Positions 41,499 through 50,822 are shown, numbered from the stretch's first letter. The stretch is DNA of 64,000 bases from an uncultured Verrucomicrobiae bacterium (GCA_963716225.1 OY970299.1:777397-841396); one strand, 5' to 3'. The notes: generated by a model from the letters alone, not told the origin. Numbers and translations: made by a program.

Positions 41499-42668
41499 AT
41501 GCGCCTTTGGAAGCTACTCACCGTCCTCGTCCTGTGCCTTCAGCCGGCGATCGTTTTCAGTCAGACGCCACCCGACCCTCCTGCCTTTCAGGCAAAGCCC
41601 GGTCCCTTCCCCGTTGGATTGCGAGTCGTCCACCAATATGACCGTAGCCGCTCCTTCGCCTCCTCCACACAAGGCCGGCCGCTGCAAACGCTCGTCTGGT
41701 ACCCCGCCCAGGCCAGCGGCCTTCGACGCATGAGGGTCAAGGATTACGTTGGGCTCACGAGGACCGAGACTAGCTTTCAAACACCGGACGAAAACGCGCC
41801 ACACCAGGGCTTGGCCGGCGCCGTGACCGCGCATGCCGAAGATCCCATGCTGGCCACCATGGGCGCGCCTCCTACTGCGGAACGATTTCCCGTCGTCATC
41901 TATTCCCCCAGCTTCTCCGGAGTCTCCTGGGAGAACGCCGACCTCTGCGAGTACCTGGCCAGCCATGGCTACGTCGTGCTGACCGTTCCCGCGATGGGCG
42001 CCAACGGCCGCGAATCGACTCATGACCTTCAGGGAACCGAGGCCCAGGCGAAGGACATCACCTTCCTGATCAACTATGCCGAATCCCTGCCCGACACCAA
42101 CATGACCAAGGTCGCGACGGTCGGCTTCAGTTGGGGAGGTCTGGCCAACCTCTTCGCCGCCTCCCAGGACCACCGCATCCGCGCGCTCGTTTCGCTGGAC
42201 GGCAGCGAACGATACTTCCCCGGGCTCGTCAAGTCCTCAGGCCACGTCGATCCCGAGCAGATGAACCTTCCGCTCCTGTACTTCGAAGAGGGAGACCAGT
42301 CACTGGAAGTACAGGATGATCTGAACACCCGCTTCCACAGCGAAGGTCCGAACGTCCTCAATCGGTGGGAGCACGGCGACCTCATCACCGCACACATGCT
42401 GGGGATGTTCCATCCATCCTTCTACTCAATGTGCTTCCGTTTCGAGCAGCTCTGGCGCGACGAGGTGCCCCGTCTGCAGGTCGCCGACTACGACCGCGAC
42501 GATGTGTTCCTCCAGTTCTCCTGGATGATGCGCTACACCGCCGCCTTCCTGGATGCCACGCTCAAACAAGACGCCGAAGCCCGCAAATTCCTCGACGCAA
42601 CGCCGAAAGCCAACGGCATCCCCGCCCACATGATGTCCGTCAAGCTGAGACCTGCAACCGCCCAATAA
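41499..42668 (+). CDS. Secreted alpha/beta hydrolase (dienelactone hydrolase/PAF-AH-like)
   Basis: Signal peptide, LVWYPA, YLASHGY, GFSWGG nucleophile elbow, SLDG. Confidence 0.8.
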   Translation: MRLWKLLTVLVLCLQPAIVFSQTPPDPPAFQAKPGPFPVGLRVVHQYDRSRSFASSTQGRPLQTLVWYPAQASGLRRMRVKDYVGLTRTETSFQTPDENAPHQGLAGAVTAHAEDPMLATMGAPPTAERFPVVIYSPSFSGVSWENADLCEYLASHGYVVLTVPAMGANGRESTHDLQGTEAQAKDITFLINYAESLPDTNMTKVATVGFSWGGLANLFAASQDHRIRALVSLDGSERYFPGLVKSSGHVDPEQMNLPLLYFEEGDQSLEVQDDLNTRFHSEGPNVLNRWEHGDLITAHMLGMFHPSFYSMCFRFEQLWRDEVPRLQVADYDRDDVFLQFSWMMRYTAAFLDATLKQDAEARKFLDATPKANGIPAHMMSVKLRPATAQ

Positions 42669-42690
42669 CCGCCCAGACGGGGCGACGTGA

Positions 42691-42934
42691 CCCCACCATC
42701 CGCGCCATCACCGACTCCCTCGCCCATCCTCAAAGCCGACTATGCCGACCCCGCCGATGAACTGTCCGCCACCGCCGAAGAACTCAACTTCAATACCCAA
42801 GCCGAACTGGACACCTACATCGCCAAACTAGAAACCGAAATGCGCGAATCCGCCAAAAAATCGAATTCGAAAAGGCGGCAACACGCAGAGACACGATCAA
42901 GGAGCTCAGGACCAAAGAGTTTCTATTTTCATAA
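42691..42934 (+). pseudogene. Degenerate duplicate of the uvrB 3' end (41131-41380)
   Basis: Direct alignment; small deletions break the frame; ends with [14 protein letters not shown]-stop. Confidence 0.92.
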
Positions 42935-43007
42935 ACTCTCGAAGTAGAGGCTCGGATAGAGATCGACACCTGATCACCCTGCTACACTTTGGCCACCGAG
43001 AGCACCT

Positions 43008-44081
43008 ATGAGTAAGTTCCTGAGGAAATACTGGTTCGTTATCGTCGCGCTTGCGTTCACATTTGCCGCACGTCCTGCACATGGCACGAAGTGGGCTTCG
43101 GCAAGCTTTCACACGAAGCAGCCAATAGATCAAGTGTTCGACCCCACCGCGAAACTGATTGCAAGCAAGGAATGGTACGTCGGAACAAGATGGCACATTC
43201 AAGCTGTTGACCCAACGCTGAAAGCAATTCGGGCGACCACCGTTTCGTTTGGTGAGCAGTGGGGCGAAATCTATGTGTGGATGAAGCCGGAAGGAACCGG
43301 CACATGCATTCAGACTGTGATGACATTGCGTTCCGACGCGCATCTGCATCCTGCGGACTATGCTGCGAGGTTTGGGAAGGCGCTCAAAAAGCTATTCTCG
43401 GACCTCACCTACGATATCGAACGCGACAAAACTCCGACCGACTTTTACTTCGGCAGTCCTGCGGTTTCCATACCGCTGACTGCTTCTGCCGTCGCTAGTC
43501 AGCAGACCTCAGTGTCAGTCACGCAGAGCGTATCTACGACTCAGGTCGTACAGATCGGGTCGACAAACAACAACTTTTTTTCTGCACTCGCGGATTGGGC
43601 GGTCGAGCGAGAGCAACTAGCTAAGCAGAGGGACGAGGAGCTTGATGCAGCGAAAGCGAGCGCAGCAGCAAAACAAGTTCTCATAAACGCTAATCCTTTG
43701 ATGACGCAATACCTGGCTACAGTCGGCAAGGAATCCGCTGAACAGTTTCCAGTCGCTGCTCAGGCAATTAACGAGTCGCGCGACACTGCATATAAAGAAC
43801 TGACCAATCCGTTTCAGCGGGCTAAGTTCATTCAAATTACGAACGGTTACATGCGAACATTCGAACAACAGATGGGCGATCACGCGAAAGAACAAGCCAC
43901 GGCGGATCAGGAAACCAGTCGACAGGAAGTCACAGACAACCTGCATCGGGCACTCGATTACTGGTACGCAAACGGGAAAGACTGGACAAAGATACCGCCA
44001 GAAGTGTGGAACAAACTTTCGGAACGAGACAAAGGGCGATTGAAGGACGGAATCGACCCTGAAATTGGTCGACTAAGGTAG
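43008..44081 (+). CDS. Hypothetical secreted protein, lower GC
   Basis: Signal peptide; 357-aa ORF; sampled lines 48-53% GC. Confidence 0.75.
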   Translation: MSKFLRKYWFVIVALAFTFAARPAHGTKWASASFHTKQPIDQVFDPTAKLIASKEWYVGTRWHIQAVDPTLKAIRATTVSFGEQWGEIYVWMKPEGTGTCIQTVMTLRSDAHLHPADYAARFGKALKKLFSDLTYDIERDKTPTDFYFGSPAVSIPLTASAVASQQTSVSVTQSVSTTQVVQIGSTNNNFFSALADWAVEREQLAKQRDEELDAAKASAAAKQVLINANPLMTQYLATVGKESAEQFPVAAQAINESRDTAYKELTNPFQRAKFIQITNGYMRTFEQQMGDHAKEQATADQETSRQEVTDNLHRALDYWYANGKDWTKIPPEVWNKLSERDKGRLKDGIDPEIGRLR

Positions 44082-44723
44082 GTACCCTCCAGCCGATTTT
44101 TTTACGTTGCGGCGCCCGACGGCCCACCCATTCGTTCCTGCCTCCCCCAAATAGAATTTATAGAGATCGTCGGAACTAGGATGAGCATCCGCCGCCGCAT
44201 CCTCCTTCACCTCGAGCGGACGCATCTGCTCGATCAGCCAGGAACAGTTGGCCATGGATGCGGGACTCGTCTTCTGGTCGTCCTTAACCACTGGCTCTAG
44301 ATCGGCATACGTGTTCAAGAGCCAATACCCCATCTCGTTCCAAATGTCGGAGACATCGAGATAACCCCTACGAGCAAGAAGACCCACGTGATCACATGTG
44401 TTCAACACATCCCAAACCTGCTCTGGCGGATCGTCGACGTCTAATCGCTTTAGTTCTCCACGCTGGATATTTATACGAGCTTTGGCCAGCCCTTTCAGAG
44501 AGGTTGACAGTTCCTGATCGAACCGCGCAGATTCCTCGACCAGATGCTGAATCCTCAGCGCATCTCGCGACTGCCTGAGCTGCGCTTGCGCGTCTTCTCT
44601 AGCTTCCTTGATCTGTTTATCGATGAAGTAGCCGGAAACCACGACGCCAACAAACGTCACGAGAACTAATAGCGCCGTAGACCAGGCGAGTACCCGCTCC
44701 GATCCCATCTTGTCGGCCATCAT
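44073..44723 (-). CDS. Hypothetical single-TM protein (DUF4760-like)
   Basis: N-terminal TM, coiled coil, VLNTCDHVGLLARRGYLD segment. Confidence 0.6.
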   Translation of the reverse strand: MMADKMGSERVLAWSTALLVLVTFVGVVVSGYFIDKQIKEAREDAQAQLRQSRDALRIQHLVEESARFDQELSTSLKGLAKARINIQRGELKRLDVDDPPEQVWDVLNTCDHVGLLARRGYLDVSDIWNEMGYWLLNTYADLEPVVKDDQKTSPASMANCSWLIEQMRPLEVKEDAAADAHPSSDDLYKFYLGEAGTNGWAVGRRNVKKSAGGYLP

Positions 44724-45000
44724 GTGTTCTCCCGAGAAGGGAGTGTACAGCAGCACCCTGGCAACTTCGCCGCGCGCAGCGCTTCCGCTGGGCGGGTGGC
44801 CCACCCGTAGTTTTCTCTCGAACGACCTCTAATCTCCGGCTACCCCATTCGTACGCGCAGCGGACGGTGAGGACGAGGATGTCTACCTCATCCACCAAGA
44901 GCCAGGCCCGGAAACCGCCGGAAGCCGTGGATTACCAAAGATTTATGGGGGCTTAGGCAAGTGCCGTGTAGATTGACTCCACGTCATCAGGGGGTCTTGT

Positions 45001-45588
45001 ATGCGGCTTTGCGTATTAGCAGCACTCGCGTTGTTATCGGTAGCCCCGGCACACGCTGACACGCTCTTCTCGTTCACCAGCGGAAACTTTACGAACCCTT
45101 CCGGAAATCCTCATGAGGGGTTTACGACCTCGAGTACAAACCCGGTAGAGACCAACATTACTTTCACGTTTCTAGTGGGCGCCCCTGGATCGCTTACGAT
45201 GGATGCGGATGGAACGGCCTATCTGCTTTCGCAGAGCTACTCGGGTACGCCGTCCGGCCTGAGCTCCAGCACAGTTGGCTACCTTGCCTCGGCGGCCGGT
45301 TCCGGAGGAGTTTATTCCTTCGGATCCGTTGATCTGCAACCCGGCACGGAGTACTTCGTTTACCAGACTGGAACGGCGATCTCGAACCTCGACTCCGGAT
45401 TTGTCACCGGCGCGGAGGACGGGATCTCGGTTGGCGGGACTTCCTATCCGAGCTTCCCCGGCTATGCGTACAACAGCCTCGTATCCGGCTCGCCGGCGGC
45501 GGCGGCTACGCCGGAGCCTTCTTCCCTGGCGCTGCTGGGGACGGGCTTGTTGGGTTGCGTAGGTGTGCTGAAACGTCGGTTGGCGTAA
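45001..45588 (+). CDS. PEP-CTERM sorting-domain protein
   Basis: Signal peptide ending AHA; TPEPSSLALLGTGLLG...KRR. Confidence 0.92.
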   Translation: MRLCVLAALALLSVAPAHADTLFSFTSGNFTNPSGNPHEGFTTSSTNPVETNITFTFLVGAPGSLTMDADGTAYLLSQSYSGTPSGLSSSTVGYLASAAGSGGVYSFGSVDLQPGTEYFVYQTGTAISNLDSGFVTGAEDGISVGGTSYPSFPGYAYNSLVSGSPAAAATPEPSSLALLGTGLLGCVGVLKRRLA

Positions 45589-45660
45589 GAAGCGTTAGGA
45601 TGTGCGGGCCCCGGCGGGTGGTCCAGCCACAAATCCGGGAGCGGGGATCACCAACACCAT

Positions 45661-45701
45661 GGGTGCCCCATTCATGCGCAGCTTCACCGCGCATGGGTGG
45701 G
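45661..45701 (+). repeat. REP-like hairpin
   Basis: GGGTGCCCCA head with CCCA-TTCATGCGC/GCGCATGGG-TGGG stem; related heads near 44790 and 45625. Confidence 0.55.
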
Positions 45702-45829
45702 GTATGCCGCAGCCCACGTCCGTACCCACCCACCCCAGCGCCGCCACGGCGAATCCCGGGAAGGGCCATCTGCGTAGCCCCGGGCTTCAGCCCGAGGTCT
45801 ATGGGCCGCAAAACGCCGCGTCGCAGATG

Positions 45830-45861
45830 CTTCCGCTCTGCCCTGAGCGCAGCCGAAGGGC
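45830..45861 (+). repeat. 32-bp direct repeat, copy 1 (REP-like)
   Basis: CTTCCGCTCTGCCCTGAGCGCAGCCGAAGGGC, identical at 47600-47631. Confidence 0.9.
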
Positions 45862-45992
45862 GCAACCGCAGCCCGAAGGCCGAAGCGCGCGACTTGCCTT
45901 CCTCTACCTCGGCAACGATCGATCCTCAGCCCGAAAGCCCACTCATCCCGTAAATCAATGGACCCCCGCGACTTGACAAAACCCTCTGCCCA

Positions 45993-46113
45993 ACCCCCCC
46001 CACCCCATAGGCCCGGGGCCGACGGACAGACATCAGCCGCAGCCTCTGAGGTCCAAGGCTAAAGTATCTGCTCTGAAGACTTTGCACAAAAACAGGGGGG
46101 AGGGGGTACCCCA
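45993..46113 (-). repeat. MITE-like intergenic element, copy 2
   Basis: Minus strand TGGGGTACCCCCTCCCCCCTGTTTTTGTGCAAAGTCTTC matches 15314-15350. Confidence 0.65.
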
Positions 46114-46114
46114 C

Positions 46115-46633
46115 CTATTTCACCCGCTCCCAATACAACCTGTACGTTGCATCCTTCCGGAGAACCGCGCCGCCCTTGCCGTCTTCTCGCGGCATCAGCA
46201 CCATTCGATCGTTGCCCTGAAATTCCACCCACCGCACGTGATCGCGGCCGCGAAGGTCCGGGTACGAACTGTCTGCAACGTGGTGCGTCACCGTTCCCGC
46301 CGCCTCGTCCACCGTATACGTCCCGTAGTAGCTGAAGTAGCTACCGAACGCCGCCGCTTTCTCCGCCTCGGTTCCCGCCCCCAGCCCTCCCGCAAACTTC
46401 CTGCGTCCCCCCCGGTTCGCAATCTGGACCGACATCGTTCCTGACGGATCGTAAACAATCAAACCCGTCGGGTGATCGTAAAAACCAGGCAGTCCCGGCG
46501 GCTGCCCCTCAACCGAGACAAGCCGCCACGCGCCGACGATCTTCTTCGCGAGCGCGCCGTTCTGGCCTTGCGCCACGGCGCCACACACGCCAAGACAAAC
46601 AACCATCACGCAACACGCAATCACTCGACGCAT
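46115..46633 (-). CDS. Secreted lipocalin-like domain protein
   Basis: Signal peptide, GAWRLVS, YYGTYTVDE, LYWERVK motifs. Confidence 0.8.
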   Translation of the reverse strand: MRRVIACCVMVVCLGVCGAVAQGQNGALAKKIVGAWRLVSVEGQPPGLPGFYDHPTGLIVYDPSGTMSVQIANRGGRRKFAGGLGAGTEAEKAAAFGSYFSYYGTYTVDEAAGTVTHHVADSSYPDLRGRDHVRWVEFQGNDRMVLMPREDGKGGAVLRKDATYRLYWERVK

Positions 46634-46790
46634 CGCAGCCAAGTATAAGGGTTTCGCGCCCGCCACCCTCTTACCTAAGCGCCCACTCATCGGTTGATCC
46701 ACCACATCTTGAGTGCCCTGCCCATCTCCGCATGCCGCTTTCCGAGAACGTTGCGTACCGCTGCGCAAGTCGCTATAAACTGCCAGTGAG

Positions 46791-47087
46791 ATGACCCGCG
46801 ATCAAATCCTTGTGACACTCCGCCGTCACGCCCCGGACCTTCGCGCCGCCGGCGTCGCGCATTTGCGGCTCTTTGGCTCTGCGGCACGTGGTGAAGCAAC
46901 CGATGAATCCGACATCGACCTGCTCGCCGATTTCGCTCCCGGAGCGCACATCTCTCTGCTCACCATCAGCGGACTGCAACAGCGCCTCAAGGAACTGCTG
47001 GGAGCAGAGGTCGAGCTCTCGTCTCCCGCCTGGATGAAAGATCACGTCCGCCGTCAGGCGCTCCAGGAGGCCATTAGTGCCTTTTAG
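46791..47087 (+). CDS. Minimal nucleotidyltransferase antitoxin (MntA-like)
   Basis: LFGSAARGEATDESDIDLL (GS...DxD motif). Confidence 0.9.
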   Translation: MTRDQILVTLRRHAPDLRAAGVAHLRLFGSAARGEATDESDIDLLADFAPGAHISLLTISGLQQRLKELLGAEVELSSPAWMKDHVRRQALQEAISAF

Positions 47088-47429
47088 GGACGCTCAGACC
47101 CATTTCAGAGATATCCTCGATGCCGTCGCCCTTGTTGATGAATTCGTTGGCGCCATGGACTTCGAAGCATACCAAGCCGACCCAAAGACAAAAGCCGCTG
47201 TCGAGCGGGAGCTACAGATCATCACGGAGGCGGCGTACCGGCTGACACCGGAGGACGAAGCACTCTGCCCAGGACCAAATTGGGTCGCCTACAAAGGAAT
47301 GGGGAACATACTCCGTCACGGATACCACAAAGTTGATGACGAGATCGTCTGGAACACGGTGAAGGACGACCTCCCCAAGCTCAAGCGGCCATTCTTCAGA
47401 CGTTGGCGACTCATTTTGCAAAACCCTGA
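47077..47429 (+). CDS. HEPN/DUF86 toxin (HepT-like), frameshift near 47385
   Basis: AVERELQIITEA, W...GMGNILRHGY, VWNTVKDDLP; overlaps the MNT gene. Confidence 0.85.
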
Positions 47430-47599
47430 TCGCCCTCATCGCGTGCATTACCACACCTTGGGTAGCGGAGGCCGCACCCGTCGTTTTCTTCCGAATCACC
47501 GCCACTCTTCGCTGCCGCATCCCTACGCGGAGTGGACGGGTGGGGACGAGGATGCCTCCAGCGACCTCAACCCGGGAACGAACGTCGCGCGCGAAGCGC

Positions 47600-47631
47600 C
47601 TTCCGCTCTGCCCTGAGCGCAGCCGAAGGGC
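47600..47631 (+). repeat. 32-bp direct repeat, copy 2
   Basis: Identical to 45830-45861. Confidence 0.9.
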
Positions 47632-47716
47632 CGTCGTGAAGCCCAACAGGCGTAACGACCGAATCGCCTTCCTCAAACCGCAGCAAAGGCCGACCCATCG
47701 CCTCCCAAAGCCGACC

Positions 47717-48073
47717 CTACTTCTTCTTCGTTGCCTTCGGTCTCAGCCCGCGCGCATAGCGCACGCTCGCCTCAAAATACGGCCGCAGCTCGGCAGGCTT
47801 CTTCAGCAGCCTCTCCGGCACCGTGACATACTCCTTCTGCACAATCCCGTTCGCCTCGAACAATCCCGTCTTGTACTTCTTCAGGAAAGCTTCGCGCTCT
47901 TCCGGCCCCAGCCGCAACGACAGCACGCCTCCGGGATGCAGACACGAAAACATGTTCCCATTCACCGACGTATAGGGCTGCGTTGCGCCCTTGCGCTCTA
48001 CATCCGGAAAGAACGCCAGCAGCTTCTCATAGAACTGCACATTCTGATGCGGCCCCGCAATTGCCTTCGCCAT
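47717..48073 (-). CDS. TfoX/Sxy N-terminal-like protein
   Basis: VNGNMF, LSLRL, KEYVTVP, basic C-terminus; start uncertain. Confidence 0.65.
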   Translation of the reverse strand: MAKAIAGPHQNVQFYEKLLAFFPDVERKGATQPYTSVNGNMFSCLHPGGVLSLRLGPEEREAFLKKYKTGLFEANGIVQKEYVTVPERLLKKPAELRPYFEASVRYARGLRPKATKKK

Positions 48074-48159
48074 ACCTTGGGCGCCCCATTCATCGTCACT
48101 ATCTTGCTCGACATCCTCGAACAAACCGGCAGCCACCCGCTCGCGCCGGCGCACGTTTT

Positions 48160-49230
48160 CTACTTCGCATACGCATTCTTTTCATACGCCGACACCACAC
48201 CCGCGGCCGGCAGGCGACAGGTGTCGGGAGCGTCGGAAAAGAAGAGGCAGTCCGGCGATCCATCCTTGAAGGACACGGTCACCCGTCCGCGCTGCGTGCC
48301 TTGCATGCCCCCGTAACTGTACCCCGCCATCACGCGGACGGGCTGGCCCAGCGGATCGTGGGAGACGATGGGGTCGCTGATGCTGCCGCGCTGGTAGCGA
48401 TTCACCATCCATCCGCGCGCGTTGGCGGCGACCAGGTCGTCGAGCAGGCGCACGAAATCCGTGTCCTTGCCGGGCTCTCCTGCTTTCGCCGTTGCTGCAG
48501 GGCCGGCGTCCACAGCTCCCGCAAACTTGATGGGGTCGTCGCCGTTGGCGAAGCGGACGAGATTCGACTGAAAGTTTCCCAGGCCCGCGCTGCCGCAGGC
48601 GTTCGTCTCGATGAGCGTCTGCATCTCGGTGCCTACCGCGGTCATCTGGTCCAACATCTGCTGCGGCGCGGTGAAGAGATTCGTAGCGGCGCCGCGCTTG
48701 CCCATTCCCAGCATGTTGCCGAGCATGTTCACCTGGGCTTTCGCGCTGACGTCCTTGACAGCGTCATAGAGCTGCGGGTCGGCGTACAGGCCGGTGCCCA
48801 CGGTCACGTACGTGCAGCTTGAGCTTGGGAGCAGATTCCCGTAAGCGTCGTGGATGCCGTCGGGAGTATAGGTGTATGGGGTGGGGGATCCGGATCCGGC
48901 GCATACCTGCTGAGTGATCTCGACCTTGTTCGCCGGCAGGAAACGCGTGCACTGCTTGGCGTAGTCGTCCATGTAATTGGAGATGATCAACATGAACTCG
49001 AGGCCGGCGCGGTCGAGGTGGACGGCTTGGAAGTCGCCGGAGTAGATGCGCAGCAAATCATCTTCATTGTTGAGGCCGGCGGCCGAGAAGCGCGCGGGCG
49101 CCTTGGAAGCGGGTTTGGCCGGCGCGCCGGAATTCGCTCGAGCGGCCGGTCTGGGCCTGGCCCTTTGGGTTTGAGCGGCGGCCTGGGCCACCAGACAGGC
49201 AACGAGACCACAGAGGACGAGCACGCGCAT
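48160..49230 (-). CDS. Hypothetical secreted protein
   Basis: AGGAGG RBS, signal peptide, 356 aa. Confidence 0.75.
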   Translation of the reverse strand: MRVLVLCGLVACLVAQAAAQTQRARPRPAARANSGAPAKPASKAPARFSAAGLNNEDDLLRIYSGDFQAVHLDRAGLEFMLIISNYMDDYAKQCTRFLPANKVEITQQVCAGSGSPTPYTYTPDGIHDAYGNLLPSSSCTYVTVGTGLYADPQLYDAVKDVSAKAQVNMLGNMLGMGKRGAATNLFTAPQQMLDQMTAVGTEMQTLIETNACGSAGLGNFQSNLVRFANGDDPIKFAGAVDAGPAATAKAGEPGKDTDFVRLLDDLVAANARGWMVNRYQRGSISDPIVSHDPLGQPVRVMAGYSYGGMQGTQRGRVTVSFKDGSPDCLFFSDAPDTCRLPAAGVVSAYEKNAYAK

Positions 49231-49329
49231 GGCGTACCTCCTTCTTGCTGGGTACAACATCAGCCATGGCCCGGAGAGTGTCAGGATTCTACAGCACGGC
49301 GGCGTGCGCCGCTCACCGCGCCAATCGGG

Positions 49330-49427
49330 GGTAGTGGGTCGCTGACCCACTACCAAATGGGCGTCTGCCCCCGCCCATCTCGCCCCCTCCACCCCGCAAC
49401 GGGCAACAGCCCCTGCCGCCCGCCCGT
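49330..49427. repeat. Three consecutive hairpins; first is GTAG-type REP-like
   Basis: GGTAGTGGGTC-GCT-GACCCACTACC; ATGGGCG-N8-CGCCCAT; ACGGGC...GCCCGT. Confidence 0.5.
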
Positions 49428-49451
49428 CCAACCTTACTGGAGGAAAAACCC

Positions 49452-49766
49452 TTGATCAGAAAGACCATATCCTCACTCATCCTTCTCGGCGTCTGCTCGA
49501 CCCCGCTCATGGCGCTCGCTCAGCAAGGCGACGATCACCACGATGAGCACCAGCAGCAGCAGTACGTCCGCCACGACGAGTGGAAGCGCGGCTACCACAT
49601 GAACCACGATGACTGGGATCGCGCCCAGCGCGTCGACGACTGGCGCGCTCATCACCTCACCGCTCCGCGCCGTGGCTACGAGTGGCGCCAGATGGACGGC
49701 AACTATGTCCTCGCCGACAGAAACGGCGTCGTGAGCACCGTCGTCGTACAGCGGGACGGGCACTAA
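49452..49766 (+). CDS. RcnB-family periplasmic protein
   Basis: Signal peptide, His-rich, WKRG...DWRAHHLTAPRRGYEWRQMDGNYVL. Confidence 0.8.
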   Translation: MIRKTISSLILLGVCSTPLMALAQQGDDHHDEHQQQQYVRHDEWKRGYHMNHDDWDRAQRVDDWRAHHLTAPRRGYEWRQMDGNYVLADRNGVVSTVVVQRDGH

Positions 49767-49817
49767 TCCGCCAGACCAGTAGCCATCCTGCAGCATCGCC
49801 ATCCGTCCCGAAATAAG

Positions 49818-49844
49818 AGAGCCCCGCATCCGCGGGGCTCTTTC
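49818..49844. terminator. Terminator between convergent genes
   Basis: AGAGCCCCGC-ATCC-GCGGGGCTCT followed by TT, with an A-rich 5' flank. Confidence 0.75.
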
Positions 49845-49859
49845 ACATCTACTCGCCTC

Positions 49860-50606
49860 TTACCGCAACCGCCGCTTCAGTGCACCCGCGAATCCCAGCA
49901 GCCCCGTGCTCAGCAGCACCATGCTCCCGGGTTCCGGCGTGGCCGTCAGGCTCACCGGCACAGCTGAGCCCATATTGTCGGGATGAATCGGACCGGCGAC
50001 GGTCGCATCGTCGACCTCGTAGGCGACCCCCGGTGCGCCCGGAACCAGGCCATTGCTCCACAGATCAACCGAATATCCTCCGTTGACGTAGAACGCTAGC
50101 CCATAGATGTCGAGCACGCCACCCGAGAATGGATACCCCGGAGGCCCTCCCGGTGTGTTCGGAGGGCATATCACTGGCGAGTTTCCGGCCGGGTAAAACA
50201 GGACGTCATAGGTAAACGGAATAGAGAGGTCGGTGCCGGTAGGCGGGAATGTGCCGTCCGGATTGACGCTGGGCAGACCGGACACCGGCGCCAGCCCATT
50301 GATGGCCGCGTTGACAAGCCCTATCGACGTATCCGTGAACGTGCCGCTGATTCCCGTAACTTGATAACCGCCAGGAACGCCGGGAACAGGTGTGTTCGAA
50401 ACCTGCACAATGATATTGCCGCTAAGGGTGCCGCTCTTGGTGTCGGTAGGAACCGTATTGCCTGTGAATGAGATGCCGTACAAGGTATCAGCCCTGGCCG
50501 GCGTAACCGCAACGGCGATTGCTGCTGCCAGCAGAACTGGCAATGCAAAGTTCCAGTACCGCTTCGTTCCTGTCGGCGAAGGTTTATCAGAAGACCAGAG
50601 TGTCAT
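49860..50606 (-). CDS. PEP-CTERM sorting-domain protein
   Basis: Signal peptide ending ARA; TPEPGSMVLLSTGLLG...KRRLR. Confidence 0.92.
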   Translation of the reverse strand: MTLWSSDKPSPTGTKRYWNFALPVLLAAAIAVAVTPARADTLYGISFTGNTVPTDTKSGTLSGNIIVQVSNTPVPGVPGGYQVTGISGTFTDTSIGLVNAAINGLAPVSGLPSVNPDGTFPPTGTDLSIPFTYDVLFYPAGNSPVICPPNTPGGPPGYPFSGGVLDIYGLAFYVNGGYSVDLWSNGLVPGAPGVAYEVDDATVAGPIHPDNMGSAVPVSLTATPEPGSMVLLSTGLLGFAGALKRRLR

Positions 50607-50802
50607 GTGTCTTTCCTCCGTAGGTGGCTTGGCTAAATGGAATGCGGCAGCGAAGCTTTCGAAATCCAAGCTGCTGTATGCGAAGCATCTCGCTGCTGCT
50701 AATGAATTCGAACTAGAGTTTGTCGGGGCCCTGCAGAAAGGTGGAGCCCACCATATTGGGCCGCTCATCTCCTTCAGTCAAGAGGAAATGTCGTTCTAAG
50801 AC

Positions 50803-50822
50803 GTGTGCAGCATATTGCACAC
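50803..50822. promoter_or_regulatory. Candidate transcription-factor site
   Basis: Perfect GTGTGCA-N6-TGCACAC between divergent genes. Confidence 0.4.

Noticed and set aside
42687-42947. 86-aa ORF as a real protein
   Set aside because: It is the frame-broken uvrB 3' duplicate.
49452-49766. Nickel/cobalt resistance locus
   Set aside because: The RcnB-like gene has no rcnA/rcnR or efflux neighbours.
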